This document shows positions 1 through 11,839 of a DNA stretch of 64,000 nucleotides, piece after piece. Position numbers and translations under genes: made by a program. Numbering within the stretch: the first letter of the stretch is position 1; every line of letters begins with the position of its first letter. Under the pieces are notes generated by a model. That model was not told the DNA's origin. It worked only from the letters and a program-made list of their open reading frames with translations, and did not search any database. The stretch lies in NCBI RefSeq assembly GCF_044704955.1, contig NW_027252668.1:4464001-4528000 (forward strand), written 5' to 3'. The DNA is from Pristiophorus japonicus (lineage: Eukaryota).

Positions 1-563
1 TGCTGTTTGCTTTTAAAACCCTTCTCACAGTTAGAACATTTAAAAGGTCTCTCCTCAGTGTGAACTCGCTGGTGTCTCAGCAGGGCGAATAACTGAGTGA
101 ATCCCTTCCCACAGTCGGAGCAGGAGAACGGTCTTTCCCCAGTGTGAACTCGCTGGTGTGTCAGTAGTCTGGATGATGCAGTGAATCCCTTCCCACAGTC
201 GGAGCAGGTGAACGGACTCTCCCGAGTGTTAACTCGCTGGTGTGTCAGCAGGCTGGATGATACAGTGAATCTCTTCCCACATTCCGTGCAGATGAACAGC
301 CTCTCCCCAGTGGGAACTTGGTGTGTCAGCAGGTGGGATGATACAGTGAATCCCTTCCCACAGTCGGAGCAGGTAAATGGCTGGTGCATTTTCAGCTGGG
401 ACGGGTAGTTGAATAGTTTCCCACAGTCCTCACATTTACATGGTTTCTCCCCAATGTGACTGCGCTTGTGTCTCTCCAGGTTGGATGATTGGCTGAAGCC
501 TTGTCCACACACAGAGCACGTGTACCGTTTCTCCCCACTGTGAACGGTGCCTTCTGCTTCCAT
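1..563 (-). CDS. C2H2 (Kruppel-type) zinc-finger protein exon, 3' end outside the window; several fingers degenerate
   Basis: Manual translation from ATG at 563: [49 protein letters not shown]...[20 protein letters not shown]...[24 protein letters not shown], open to base 1. Polypyrimidine tract plus AG acceptor at 671-672 on minus strand. Absent from the ORF track because no stop lies in the window. Confidence 0.85.
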   Translation of the reverse strand, partial: MEAEGTVHSGEKRYTCSVCGQGFSQSSNLERHKRSHIGEKPCKCEDCGKLFNYPSQLKMHQPFTCSDCGKGFTVSSHLLTHQVPTGERLFICTECGKRFTVSSSLLTHQRVNTRESPFTCSDCGKGFTASSRLLTHQRVHTGERPFSCSDCGKGFTQLFALLRHQRVHTEERPFKCSNCEKGFKSKQ

Positions 564-1135
564 GGTCAAAAGCTGATGATATTCCGGTCCCGATGTATCG
601 AGTGACTGTCAGATCTTGAAGTGATGTTTGGTTTGAGCTTCCAGTCTACAAATCCTCCCCTTTTAATACCCTATAAAGTGAATTTCAAACAGGTAAAAGG
701 GAGTGTGAGAGAGAACCCACAAAAACACACAGGCAGTTTGTGAAATTGAGCTTGATGAATCTGGTCATTTGTGGGGCCAGCACTAGAAAAAAGTGACAAT
801 GAAAGCTGCCGGATTGTCATAAAAACACATCTGGGTCACGACTGTCCTTCAGGGAAGGGAACCCACCTCCCGTGACAGTCCCACATGGGAAATTGTTGGT
901 CCCACTGGGCCTAGAAGTACTGGGGGTGAAACCCAGCAGCTTCTCCCTCCTCCCCACTCCAGCTCAAACTGATGCAACGAACAGACCCACACAGGAGGTC
1001 AGGGAGAGACTTCCACATCCAGCGCCCTCCCTGATAGAGCAACTGGGAATTGCTGGGCCTGTTGCATAAATGCAAGTGGTGTGCGGGTGGCACTGCCCCC
1101 GGAGTTTGCTGGTGCCAGGCTTGGCGGCTCTGACT

Positions 1136-2268
1136 CGGGGCCTGAGAGCTGCACTCAGTGTTGCCCGGGGCCCGAGAGCTGCACTGGGTGTTGCCCGGGG
1201 CCCGAGAGCTGCACTGGGTGTTGCCCGGGGCCCGAGAGCTGCACTGGGTGTTGCCCGGGGCCCGAGAGCTGCACTGGGTGTTGCCCGGGGCCCGAGAGCT
1301 GCACTGGGTGTTGCCCGGGGCCCGAGAGCTGAACTGGGTGTTGCCCGGGGCCCGAGAGCTGCACTGGGTGTTGCCCGGGGCCCGAGAGCTGCACTGGGTG
1401 TTGCCCGGGGCACGGGAGCTGCACTAGGTGTTGCCCGGGGCCCGAGAGCTGCACTGGGTGTTGCCCGGGGCCCGAGAGCTGCACTGGGTGTTGCCCGGGG
1501 CCCGAGAGCTGCACTGGGTGTTGCCCGGGGCCCGAGAGCTGCACTGGGTGTTGCCCGGGGCCCGAGAGCTGCACTGGGTGTTGCCCAGGGCCCGAGAGCT
1601 GCACTGGGTGTTGCCCGGGGCCCGAGAGCTGCACTGGGTGTTGCCCGGGGCCCGAGAGCTGCACTGGGTGTTGCCCGGGGCCCCGAGAGCTGCACTGGGT
1701 GTTGCCCGGGGCCCGAGAGCTGCACTGGGTGTTGCCCGGGGCCCGAGAGCTGCACTGGGTGTTGCCCGGGGCCCGAGAGCTGCACTGGGTGTTGCCCGGG
1801 GCCCGAGAGCTGCACTGGGTGTTGCCCGGGGCCCGAGAGCTGCACTGGGTGTTGCCCGGGGCCCGAGAGCTGCACTGGGTGTTGCCCGGGGCCCGAGAGC
1901 TGCACTGGGTGTTGCCCGGGGCCCGAGAGCTGCACTGGGTGTTGCCCGGGGCCCGAGAGCTGCACTGGGTGTTGCCCGGGGCCCGAGAGCTGCACTGGGT
2001 GTTGCCCGGGGCCCGAGAGCTGCACTGGGTGTTGCCCGGGGCCCGAGAGCTGCACTGGGTGTTGCCCGGGGCCCGAGAGCTGCACTGGGTGTTGCCCGGG
2101 GCCCGAGAGCTGCACTGGGTGTTGCCCGGGGCCCGAGAGCTGCACTGGGTGTTGCCCGGGGCCCGAGAGCTGCACTGGGTGTTGCCCGGGGCCCGAGAGC
2201 TGCACTGGGTGTTGCCCGGGGCCCGAGAGCTGCACTGGGTGTTACCTGGGGCCTGAGAGCCGCACTCG
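1136..2268. repeat. 30-bp GC-rich minisatellite, about 37 near-identical units (GCCCGGGGCCCGAGAGCTGCACTGGGTGTT)
   Basis: Directly visible 30-bp period; few variants (1332, 1412-1426, 1587, 1-bp insertion near 1681). Confidence 0.98.
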
Positions 2269-2269
2269 G

Positions 2270-3700
2270 TGAAAAAACAGGCAGACAAAAAGCAGGAAAC
2301 TATCGACAATTAGCCTTCCATCTGTTGTTGGGAAAATGTTGGGAGTCCATTATTAAAGAAGCAGTAGCAGGACATTTGGAAAAGCAAAATTCGGTCAGGC
2401 AGAGTCAGCAAGGATTAATGAAGGGGAAATTAAGTTTGACAAATTTGCTGGAATTCTTTGAGCATGTAATGAACAGGGTGGATAAAGTGGATGTGGTGTA
2501 ATTGGACATCCAGAAGGTATTTGACAAGGTGCCACATAAAAGGTTACTGCACAAGATAAAAGTTCACGGGGTTGGGGGTAATATATTAGCATGGATTGAG
2601 GATTGGCTAACTAACAGAAAACAGAGAGTCGGGATAAATGGTTCATTCTTGGGTTGGCAATCAGTAACTAGTGGGGTGCCACAGGGATCAGTGCTGGGAC
2701 CCCAACTATTTACAATCTATATTAACGACTTGGAAGAAGGGACTGAGTGCAACGTAGCCAAGTTTGCTGATGATACAAAGATGGGAGGAAAAGCAATATG
2801 TGAGGAGGACACAAAGAATATGCAAAAGGACACAGTTAGGCTCAGTGAGTGGGCAAAAATCTGGCAGATGGAGTATAATGTTGGAAAGTGTGAGGTCATG
2901 CACTTTGGCCGAAAAAAAATCAAAGAGCAAGTTATTATTTAAATGGAGAAAGATTGCAAAGTGCTGCAGTACAGCGGGACCTGGGGGTACTTGTGCATGA
3001 AACACAAAAGGTTAGTATGCAGGTAAAGCAAGTGATCAGGAAGGCCAATGGAATCTTGACCTTTATTGCAAAGGGGCTGGAGTATAAAAGCAGGGAAGTC
3101 TTGCTACAGTTATACAGGTTACAGGTTATTGGTGAGGCCACACCTGGAATACTGCGTGCAGTTTTGGTTTCCATATTTATGAAAGGATATAGTTGCTTTG
3201 GAGGCAGTTCAGAGAAGGTTCATTAGGTTGATTCCGGAGATGAAGGGATTGACTTATGAGAAGAGGTTGGGCCTCGACTCATTGGAATTCAGAAGAATGA
3301 ATGAGAGGTGATTTATCGAAATGTATAAGATTATGAGGGGGCTTGACAAGGTGGATGCAGAGAGAATGTTTTCACTGATAGGGGGGACTAGAACTAGGAG
3401 GCATAATCTTAGAATAAGGGGCTACCCATTTAAAACTGAGATGAGAAGAAATTTCTTCTCTCGGAGGGTGGTAAATCTGTGGAATTCACTGCCTCAGCGA
3501 GCTGTGGAAGCTGGGATATTGAATATATTTAAGATCGAGATAGACAGTTTATTCACCCAGAAGGGAATAAGAGGTTATGGGGAGCAGGCATTGAATTGGG
3601 CCCGAGTCCATGATTGGATCAGTCATGATCATATTAAATGGCGGAGCAGGCTCGAGGGGCCGTATGGCCGACTCCTGCTCCTATTTTTTATGTTCTTATT
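2270..3700 (+). mobile_element. CR1 LINE 3' fragment (RT region and 3' UTR), decayed
   Basis: ORF pieces [44 protein letters not shown]; tail ending TTATGTTCTTA; frameshifts and stops. Confidence 0.92.
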
Positions 3701-5170
3701 TTCTTATATTGTGGGTGTCTGGTATATGAATGTGGATTGACTCTGTATCTGCCCATTTCTGGTATGTGGATGAGCGTTTTACTGTGTGTGTCAGTTTCTA
3801 ATACGAGAGTGTGGGTTTTATCCTGTACCTGTCAATTTCTGGTAATTGCCTGTGGGTTTCATTCTGTATCTTTCCATTCCTGGTGTGTGAGTGTGTGTGT
3901 TTTGTGCTCTATCTGTCCATCTCTGTTACGTGAATGTGAGCTCTACTTCATACCCGTCATTCTCCAGTATGTTAGTATTGTTTTACTGTGTACCACCAAT
4001 TCCTGGTAGGGTATTCGTTTTACTTTCTGTCAATTTTTGTTATGGAGGTGAGTGTTTATGCTGAATCTGTCAGTCTCTGGTAAATGAGTCTGAGTTTCAC
4101 TCTGTATCTATCTGTCTCTGGTATGTGAGTGTTGGCCTTTCTCTGTATCTCTCCATTTCTGTTATGGGAGTCTGGGTTTTATTCTGTACCTGTCAAGTTC
4201 TGATGTGTGATTGTGGGCCTTACTCTACACTTGCCAGTTTCTGCTTAATTGAGTGGGCTTTTCTTTGTACCTGTCAGTTTCTGCTATGGAAGAGATGTCT
4301 TTACTCTGTACCTGTCAAGTACTGATAAGTGAGTATGGCATTTCACTGTGTCTGTCAATTTATGTTATGGGAATGTGGATTTTAATGTCAGCCTCTGATA
4401 TGTGAGTGTGGGTTTTATACTATATCTCAGCCTCTGATATGCGAGTGTGGGTTTTATACTGTATCCTCAGTCTCTGATGTGCGAGTGTGTGTATTATTCT
4501 GTACCTGTCAGGTTTTGGTATGTGTGTTGAGGTTTAATCTGTGCCTCTAAGTTTCTGCTATGTTGGTCTGGGTTTAATCTGTACCTATTTGTTCCTGCTA
4601 CTTGATTGTGTGTTTTAGTCTGTACCTGTCAGTTCCTGCTGTGAGAGTGTGGAATTTACTCTGTATCTGGTATGTGAATGTGAGGATCAATTTTACTTTT
4701 TACTTATATTTCTCTGATATGGGAGTGAAGATTTTGCCTTCTACCTTCATTTTTCTGGTGTGTGCGTGTGGGTTTTACTCTGCCCCTATCAGTTTCTGCG
4801 ATGCAAGTACCAATTTTACTTACTGCCTTTCAGTTTTTGGATATGTGCACATGGGATTTACACTTTACCGGTCACTCTCTGGTGTGCAAGTGCGGATTTT
4901 ATTCTGTTACTGTCACTTTCATGTATGTGTGTGTGTGTGTTGTATACTGTATGTGTCAGTCTATGGTACAGGAATGTGGGTTTTATTCTGCACCTGTCAT
5001 CTTCTGCTATGATCTGGGGGTTAAATACTGAATCCGTCAGATTCTGAAACTTGAATATGGCTTTTGCTCTGTACCCATCAGCTTCTGATATGAGAGTACG
5101 ATTTATACTATCTATTTGTTATTTGTTCCGATAGGGGTTTTATTCTCTACCTGCCAGTTTCTGGCAAGTG
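3700..5170. repeat. Degenerate about 40-bp satellite (TATGTGAGTGTGGGTTTTATTCTGTACCTGTCAGTTTCTGG-like)
   Basis: Recurring GTGAGTGTGGG...CTGTACCTGTCAGTTTCTG motif at about 40-bp spacing; same family as later arrays. Confidence 0.8.
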
Positions 5171-5374
5171 AGTGTGGGTGTTTCATGTACCTGCCAGTGT
5201 GATCGGTTTCAATGGTGAAACAGCATCTGATTCTACTACTCCATGTGGCTGCAAAATTCACAATGTAACTCTGCCATTTCGGATCACTGTGGGACTGACT
5301 GATTCTGCTGCCTGTGATAATAGGATTGAGGCCAGTTCTGTTTCCCTACGCTCTGTGAGTGATAATGTACTTAC

Positions 5375-5463
5375 TGTGTGGGAGAAGGAGCTGCCTGAAC
5401 TGTTCCTCGTGTTCCGAGTGGAGGAAAGCTCACATTTGTTCTGGCTGGTTGAAGAATATTGCT
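5375..5463 (-). other. Candidate small 5' exon (paralogous copies at 29968-30056 and 36776-36864)
   Basis: Minus strand: TTATTCTCAG acceptor and ACA/GTAAGT donor, both retained in the three paralogous copies. Confidence 0.4.
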
Positions 5464-6214
5464 CTGAGAATAATCATACAAGAACAATATTAGTCACAAG
5501 ATGCAGGTGAAGATTATGATGGATCTGAGAGAAGAACAATGTATCTCTCAATCACCAGCAACACGGTTCTGGAGAACTCAATGCACCAGACAATATAACC
5601 AGTTTTAAAATATTTTCTCCCACACTCCTCTCCTGCAATAGATGCACTTTGTGAAACTCCTCACATCCTCACAGCCAGGTTATGTTTCCACTGTTCACTG
5701 TCCAAGAACAACAGACACGGTGAGATTGGAACTGAATCAGGAACATTCACTACTGATTTGGGGAAAGAAAGCAGCAACGATTTGAAAGATGGAGGTGATT
5801 TACTTTCTCTGTTATCTTACACTGTCCACACACTGCCCGAGAATGGACTCTCCCTCCCCCCACTCACTCCATGCTCCGGAATTAGTTCCTGCTCCACTCT
5901 GCCTCTGACAAACAAACAGCCCCCGACGGAACTAAACCAGGAACGTTCACTCCTGGTTAGGAGAGAGAAAGCAGCAATGATTGTAAACAGCAGATTCTGC
6001 CCATTCTGTCTCCCTTCCCCCTGGACACACACTGTCCACACACAGCCCGAGAATGGCCTGTCCCTCCCCCCACTCACCACGCACTGACACTGGTTCTTGC
6101 TCCATTCCGCCCCTTACACACAGCCCCGGACTCAGTGCCGGTCTCTGAGCTCATCTGCGGACACGCTCCCAAAGCGCTGCGCTGCTGTAAGGAGGCTGCT
6201 GCTCGCTGCCTTAC

Positions 6215-6420
6215 CCCGGGGCCGCGGGCTCTCCATTTCCGGCTGTTTGAAACCATCTTCTTCCGCTCACTGAGTGCATGGTGATCACAGGCAGGACTGG
6301 GGGAGGGGAGGGCGCATGCACTCTTCTGCTCACTGGGACTCGACACAGGGGGTGGGGCTGAGCCTCGCATGCGCAGCTCTTTGCAATAATTCAGCCTGTA
6401 AAAATCAAAGTGCACTTTTC
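6215..6420 (-). promoter_or_regulatory. Candidate CpG-rich promoter and first exon, copy A
   Basis: NRF1-like GCGCATGC / CGCATGCGCA motifs (about 6312 and 6366), GCGGAAGAAGATGG (ETS/YY1-like) at the ATG 6256, donor GGG/GTAAGG at 6214. Confidence 0.5.
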
Positions 6421-6550
6421 CCAATTTACTTTTATCAGAATCTGAACAAAGGAACTGGGCCTGGGGGGAAAGGACAGAGAATGATTAAAGCTGGGAGCCT
6501 TGTCCCTTGGAGATGCTCAATTTGGGATCATCCGTGCAGGGTGTTTACAT

Positions 6551-7245
6551 AACATAAGAACATAAGAATTAGGAATCTAGCCCCTCGAGCCTGCTCCGCC
6601 ATTCAAAAAGATCATGGCTGATCTGGCCGTGGACTCAGCTCCACTTACCCGCCCGCTCCCCATAACCCTTAATTCCCTTATTGGTTAAAAATCTATCTAT
6701 CTGTGATTTGAATACATTCAATGAGTTAGTCTCAACTGCTTCCTTGGGCAGAGATTTCCACAGATTCACAACCCTCTGGCAGAAGAAATTCCTTCTCAAC
6801 TCGGTTTCAAATTGGCTCCCCCGTATTTTGAGGCTGTGCCCCCGAGTTCTAGTCTTCCCGACCAGTGGAAACAACCTCTCCGCCTCTATCTTGTCTATCC
6901 CTTTCATTATTTTAAATGTTTCTAGAAGATCAGCCCTCATCCTTCTGAACTCCAACGAGTAAAGACCCAGTCTACTCAATCTATCATCATAAGGTAACCC
7001 CCTCATCTCCAGAATCAGCCTAGTGAATCGTCTCTGCACTCTCTCCAAGGCTAGTATATCTTTCCTTAAGTAAGGTGACCATAACTGCACGCAGTACTCC
7101 AGATACGGCCTCACCAATACCCTATACAGTTGCAGCAAGACCTCCCTGCTTTTGTACTCCATCCCTCTCACAATGAAGGCCAGCATTCCATTCGCCTTCC
7201 TGATTACCTGCTGCACCTGCAAACTAACATTTTGGGATTCATGCA
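6551..7245 (-). mobile_element. CR1 LINE 3' part, interrupted by the Tx1 stack; resumes at 14395-14450
   Basis: Tail (CATAAGAA)n at 6551; protein LHESQNVSLQVQQVIRKANGML...RVVNLWKSLP; collinear with the uninterrupted copy at 26447-27693; absent from paralogous site near 38940. Confidence 0.93.
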
Positions 7246-9535
7246 ATTTGATCCGATTTTTGTACGCCGCCGCGGAGTGTCTGATTAAGGTTAACGGGTC
7301 CTTGACGGCGCCCCTTCGCTTTAGGAGAGGGGTGCGCCAGGGATGCCCCATGTCCGGCCAGTTATATGCCATCTGCGTGGAGCCTTTCCTGCGCCTCCTG
7401 CGGACGAGGTTGACGGGACTGGCTCTGCAAGGGCCGGGCGTGGAGGTCGTCCTCTCGGCTTACGCCGATGACGTGCTCCTCGCGATAGAGGATCCCGCTG
7501 ACCTGCGGAGGATGCGTGAGTGCCAGGAGATTTACTCGGCCGCGTCCTCCGCCAGGATCAACTGGGAGAAATGTTCCGGAATCTTGGTGGGTCAGTGGCG
7601 GGTGGACTCCCTGCCGGAGGAGCTCAGGCCTTTTGCCTGGAGCACGACCCATCTCCTCTATCTGGGAGTCTACCTTAGCCCCGACGAGGGAGCCTGGCCG
7701 GCGAACTGGCAGGAGCTGGAGGCCAAGGTCGCCGCTCGCCTAGGGCGCTGGACAGGACTGCTCCGAGTGCTGTCCTACAGGGGTCGAGCGCTAGTCATAA
7801 ACCAGCTGGTGGCCGCAATGCTGTGGTACCGGTTGGTCACTTTGACCCCTCCCCCTGCGTTTGTCGCCAAGATACAGAAGAAGCTGGTGGACTTCTTCTG
7901 GAACAACAGGAAAAACTGGGTCTCTGCCGCGGTCTTGAGTCTCCCGCTTGAGGAGGGCGGTCAGTCGTTGGTGTGCGTCAGCGCCCAGCTCGCGACTTTC
8001 CGTCTTCAGACCCTGCAGAGATACCTTTACGTCGAGCCCCCTCCTAGGTGGTGCGCTCTGGCGAGGTATTTCTTCCGCCAGCAGCTCGACCTCAACTATG
8101 ACACGCAGCTCCTGTTTGTGAACTTGGGGGGTGCCAGGACCGCCCTCCGGGAGCTGCCTGTCTTTTACAGGGAACTCATCAGGGTCTGGAACAAAGTCTC
8201 CACCAAGCGCAGCTCTCCGCCGGCTGGAGTGGCGGCTGTCCTGCAGGAACCGCTGCTCGGGAATCCGTACCTCCACGGCCGAGGTTTTATGTGGCGGTCG
8301 GAAGAGAGGGCTGTGGCTGGTGAGGTGACCAGGGTCAGGGACCTGCTCGATGGCGGAGGAGCGGGCTGGATGGCGCCAGACACGCTGGCGCGGCGCCTAA
8401 ATTCTGCCAACGTCCGCCACGCGGCCGATGCCATCGAGTCGCTAAAAACAGCTCTGGGCCCTGACTCCGTTAGGTGCATCGAGGAGGCTCAAGCACGTGG
8501 GGAGATCCCGTCCGAACTGACCCCCGTCCGGACGGAATTCCTCATCGGCGCCAAACCCCGGAACCTCCCTCGGGGGCCGGCGCCTCACAACTTGAGCCGC
8601 CTCGGGGAAATCCCCTCTGTGCCTTTCAGTTCCGCGCGGAGGGGTTTCCTGTACGGGCTGCTCCTGCACACCCTCAACTTTGCCATCCTCGCCGGCCGTC
8701 CGGACACGCCATGGCGTACCATCTTGCCGTCCGGAGGAGGCGGGGGTCCCCGATGGAGGGCACTCTACGCAGGGGTCCTCCCACTATTCATCGGGGGCTT
8801 GGCCTGGAGGATGGTGCACGGAGCAGTGCCGTGCAATAAATTTTTAAGCCGGTTCACGGACTCCCAGGCTGCCTGCAATTTCTGCGGTCTGGAAGAGTCC
8901 GTGTTCCATGTTTTTATGGAATGCACAAGGTGGCAGCCCCTGTTTTATTATTTGAAGGGGCTGCTCCTGAAATTCTGGGTGCACTTCAGTCCCACTCTCC
9001 TGATCTTTGGGCACCCTGTGCGGAGGGGAGTGGGTAGGTCCGAAGGCCTCCTCGTAGGACTGCTCCTGGGCACGGCCAAGGGTGCCATCAGCCGGTCCAG
9101 GCAGCGGGCGGTCGAGGGGGTCGTTCAACCTGACTGCCTGCCTCTCTTCCGCTCTTACATCCGGTCCAGGGTGTCCTTGGAGATGGAGCACGCGGTGTCT
9201 ACCGGTACGCTCGCGGCCTTCCGCGAGAGGTGGGCACCGGAGGGACTGGAGTGCATCATCACGCCCGGCAACCAAATTTTAATTTGATTTTACGTTTTAA
9301 AGTTAATTTGTTTTAATTGCCGGTGCTTTTAGTGTCCCCTTCCCTTTTATAGGGGGCACTGGGGAAAAATTGTGATTTTAGTGCCAAAAAAAAAACAAAA
9401 AAAAAAGAAAAACACAAAAAAAAAAGAAAAAAAAAGGGGGGAAAAAAAAAGGGCCTTGTAAATGTCTGGAGTGTCACCCAGGTCGGGTGGCACCGTTTAA
9501 TGTTTTATGTTTTGCAGGTGAACTCCAAAAAGAGT
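7246..9535 (+). mobile_element. Tx1-clade (L1 group) non-LTR retrotransposon, 5'-truncated copy 1; ORF2 remnant open to 9287
   Basis: RGVRQGCPMSGQLY and AYADD RT motifs, YLGV, GRALVINQL, C-terminal CNFC...H...C zinc knuckle; no endonuclease; structured 3' UTR. Confidence 0.88.
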
Positions 9536-9543
9536 TTCATGCA

Positions 9544-11831
9544 ATTTGATCCGATTTTTGTACGCCGCCGCAGAGTGTCTGATTAAGGTTAACGGGTCCT
9601 TGACGGCGCCCCTTCGCTTTAGGAGAGGGGTGCGCCAGGGATGCCCCATGTCCGGCCAGTTATACGCCGTTTGCGTGGAGCCTTTCCTGCGCCTCTTGCG
9701 GACGAGGTTGACGGCACTGGCTCTGCAAGGGCCGGGCGTGGAGGTCGTCCTCTCGGCTTACGCCGATGACGTGCTCCTCGCGATAGAGGATCCCGCTGAC
9801 CTGCGGAGGATGCGTGAGTGCCAGGAGATTTACTCGGCCGCGTCCTCCGCCAGGATCAACTGGGAGAAATGTTCCGGACTCCTGGTGGGTCAGTGGCGGG
9901 TGGACTCTCTGCCGGAGGAGCTCAGGCCTTTTGCCTGGAGCACGACCCATCTCCTCTATCTGGGAGTCTACCTTAGCCCCGACGAGGGAGCCTGGCCGGC
10001 GAACTGGCAGGAGCTGGAGGCCAAGGTCGCCGCTCGCCTACGGCGCTGGACAGGACTGCTCCGAGTGCTGTCCTACAGGGGTCGAGCGCTAGTCATAAAC
10101 CAGCTGGTGGCCGCAATACTGTGGTACCGGCTGGTCACTTTGACCCCTCCCCCTGCGTTTGTTGCCAAGATACAGAAGAAGCTGGTGGACTTCTTCTGGA
10201 ACAACAGGAAGCACTGGGTCTCTGCTGCGGTCTTGAGTCTCCCGCTTGAGGAGGGCGGTCAGTCGTTGGTGTGCGTCAGCGCCCAGCTCGCGACTTTCCG
10301 TCTTCAGACCCTGCAGAGATACCTTTACGTCGAGCCCCCTCCTAGGTGGTGTGCTCTGGCGAGATATTTCTTCCGCCAGCAGCGCGACCTCAATTATGAC
10401 ACGCAGCTCCTGTTTGTGAACTTGGGGGGTGCCAGGACCGCCCTCCGGGAGCTGCCTGTCTTTTACAGGGAACTCATCAGGGTCTGGAACAAAGTCTCCA
10501 CCAAGCGCAGCTCTCCGCCGGCTGGAGTGGCGGCCGTCCTGCAGGAACCGCTGCTCGGGAATCCGTACCTCCACGGCCGAGGTTTTATGTGGCGGTCGGA
10601 AGAGAGGGCTGTGGTTGGTGAGGTGACCAGGGTCAGGGACCTGCTCGATGGCGGAGGAGCGGGCTGGATGGCGCCAGACACGCTGGCGCGGTGCCTAAAT
10701 TCTGCCAACGTCCGCCACGCGGCCGATGCCATCGAGTCGCTAAAAACAGCTCTGGGCCCTGACTCCGTTAGGTGCATCGAGGAGGCTCAAGCATGTGGGG
10801 AGATCCCGTCCGAACTGACCCCCGTCCGGACGGAATTCCTCATCGGCGCCAAACCCCGGAACCTCCCTCGGGGGCCGGCGCCTCACAACTTGAGCCGCCT
10901 CGGGGAAATACCCTCCGCGCCTTTCAGTTCCGCGCGGAGGGGTTTCCTGTACGGGCTGCTCCTGCACACTCTCAACTTTGCCATCCTCGCCGGCCGTCCG
11001 CACACGCCATGGCGTACCATCTTGCCGTCCGGAGGAGGCGGGGGTCCCCGATGGAGGGCACTCTACGCAGGGGTCCTCCCACTATTCATCAGGGACTTGA
11101 CCTGGAGGGTGGTGCAAGGAGCAGTGCCGTGCAACAAATTTTTAAGCCGGTTCACGGACTCCCAGGCCGCCTGCAATTTCTGCGGTCTGGAGGAGTCCGT
11201 GTTCCATGTTTTTATTGAGTGCACGAGGTTGCAGCCCCTGTTCCATTATTTGAAGGGGCTGCTCCTGAAATTCTGGCTGCACTTCAGTCCCACTCTCCTG
11301 ATCTTTGGGCACCCTGTGCGGAGGGGAGCGGGTAGGTCCGAAGGCCTCCTCGTAGGACTGCTCCTGGGCACGGCCAAGGGTGCCATCAGCCGGTCCAGGC
11401 AGCGGGCGGTCGAGGGGGTCGTTCAACCTGACTGCCTGCCTCTCTTCCGCTCTTACATCCGGTCCAGGGTGTCCTTGGAGATGGAGCACGCGGTGTCCAC
11501 CGGTACGCTCGCGGCCTTCCGCGAGAGGTGGGCACCGGAGGGACTGGAGTGCATCATCACGCCCGGCAACCAAATTTTAATTTGATTTTACGTTTTTAAG
11601 TTTAATTTGTTTTAATTGCCGGAGCTTTTAGTGTCCCCCTTCCCTTTTATAGGGGGCACTGGGGAAAATTGTGAATTTAGTGCCCCAAAAAAAAAAACCA
11701 AAAAAAGAAAAACACAAAAATAAAAAAAAAAGGGGGGAAAAAAAAAAGAGCCTTGTAAATGTCTGGAGTGTCACCCAGGTCGGGTGGCACCGTTTAATGT
11801 TTTATGTTTTCGCAGGTAAACTCAAAAGAGT
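9544..11831 (+). mobile_element. Tx1-clade retrotransposon, 5'-truncated copy 2; ORF2 remnant open to 11585
   Basis: Same motifs and same 5' junction (TTCATGCAATTTGATCCGA) as copy 1, with private substitutions. Confidence 0.88.
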
Positions 11832-11839
11832 TTCATGCA

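Noticed and set aside
760-870. Possible short SINE-like fragment
   Set aside because: Looks familiar but is too short and degenerate to assign without a database search.
964-2501. Long ORFs of 185-423 aa on both strands
   Set aside because: Translations of a stop-free 30-bp minisatellite in several frames; no coding evidence.
5172-5510. Plus-strand ORFs of 100-166 aa repeated at 29783, 36227 and 36576
   Set aside because: Non-ATG starts, inconsistent ends, similarity explained by segmental duplication; splice signals favour the minus strand.
7152-7252. N-terminal extension making a 711-aa chimeric ORF (also the 6635-7372 minus ORF and the 11671 start)
   Set aside because: Chance in-frame joins of antisense CR1 or UTR sequence with the truncated Tx1 ORF; starts are non-ATG or lack support.
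11818-11833. Tx1 terminal hairpin AAACTC-AAAA-GAGTTT has histone stem-loop geometry (6-bp stem, 4-nt loop)
   Set aside because: Sequence lacks the GG...CC base and pyrimidine loop needed by SLBP, and other copies have different loop sizes.
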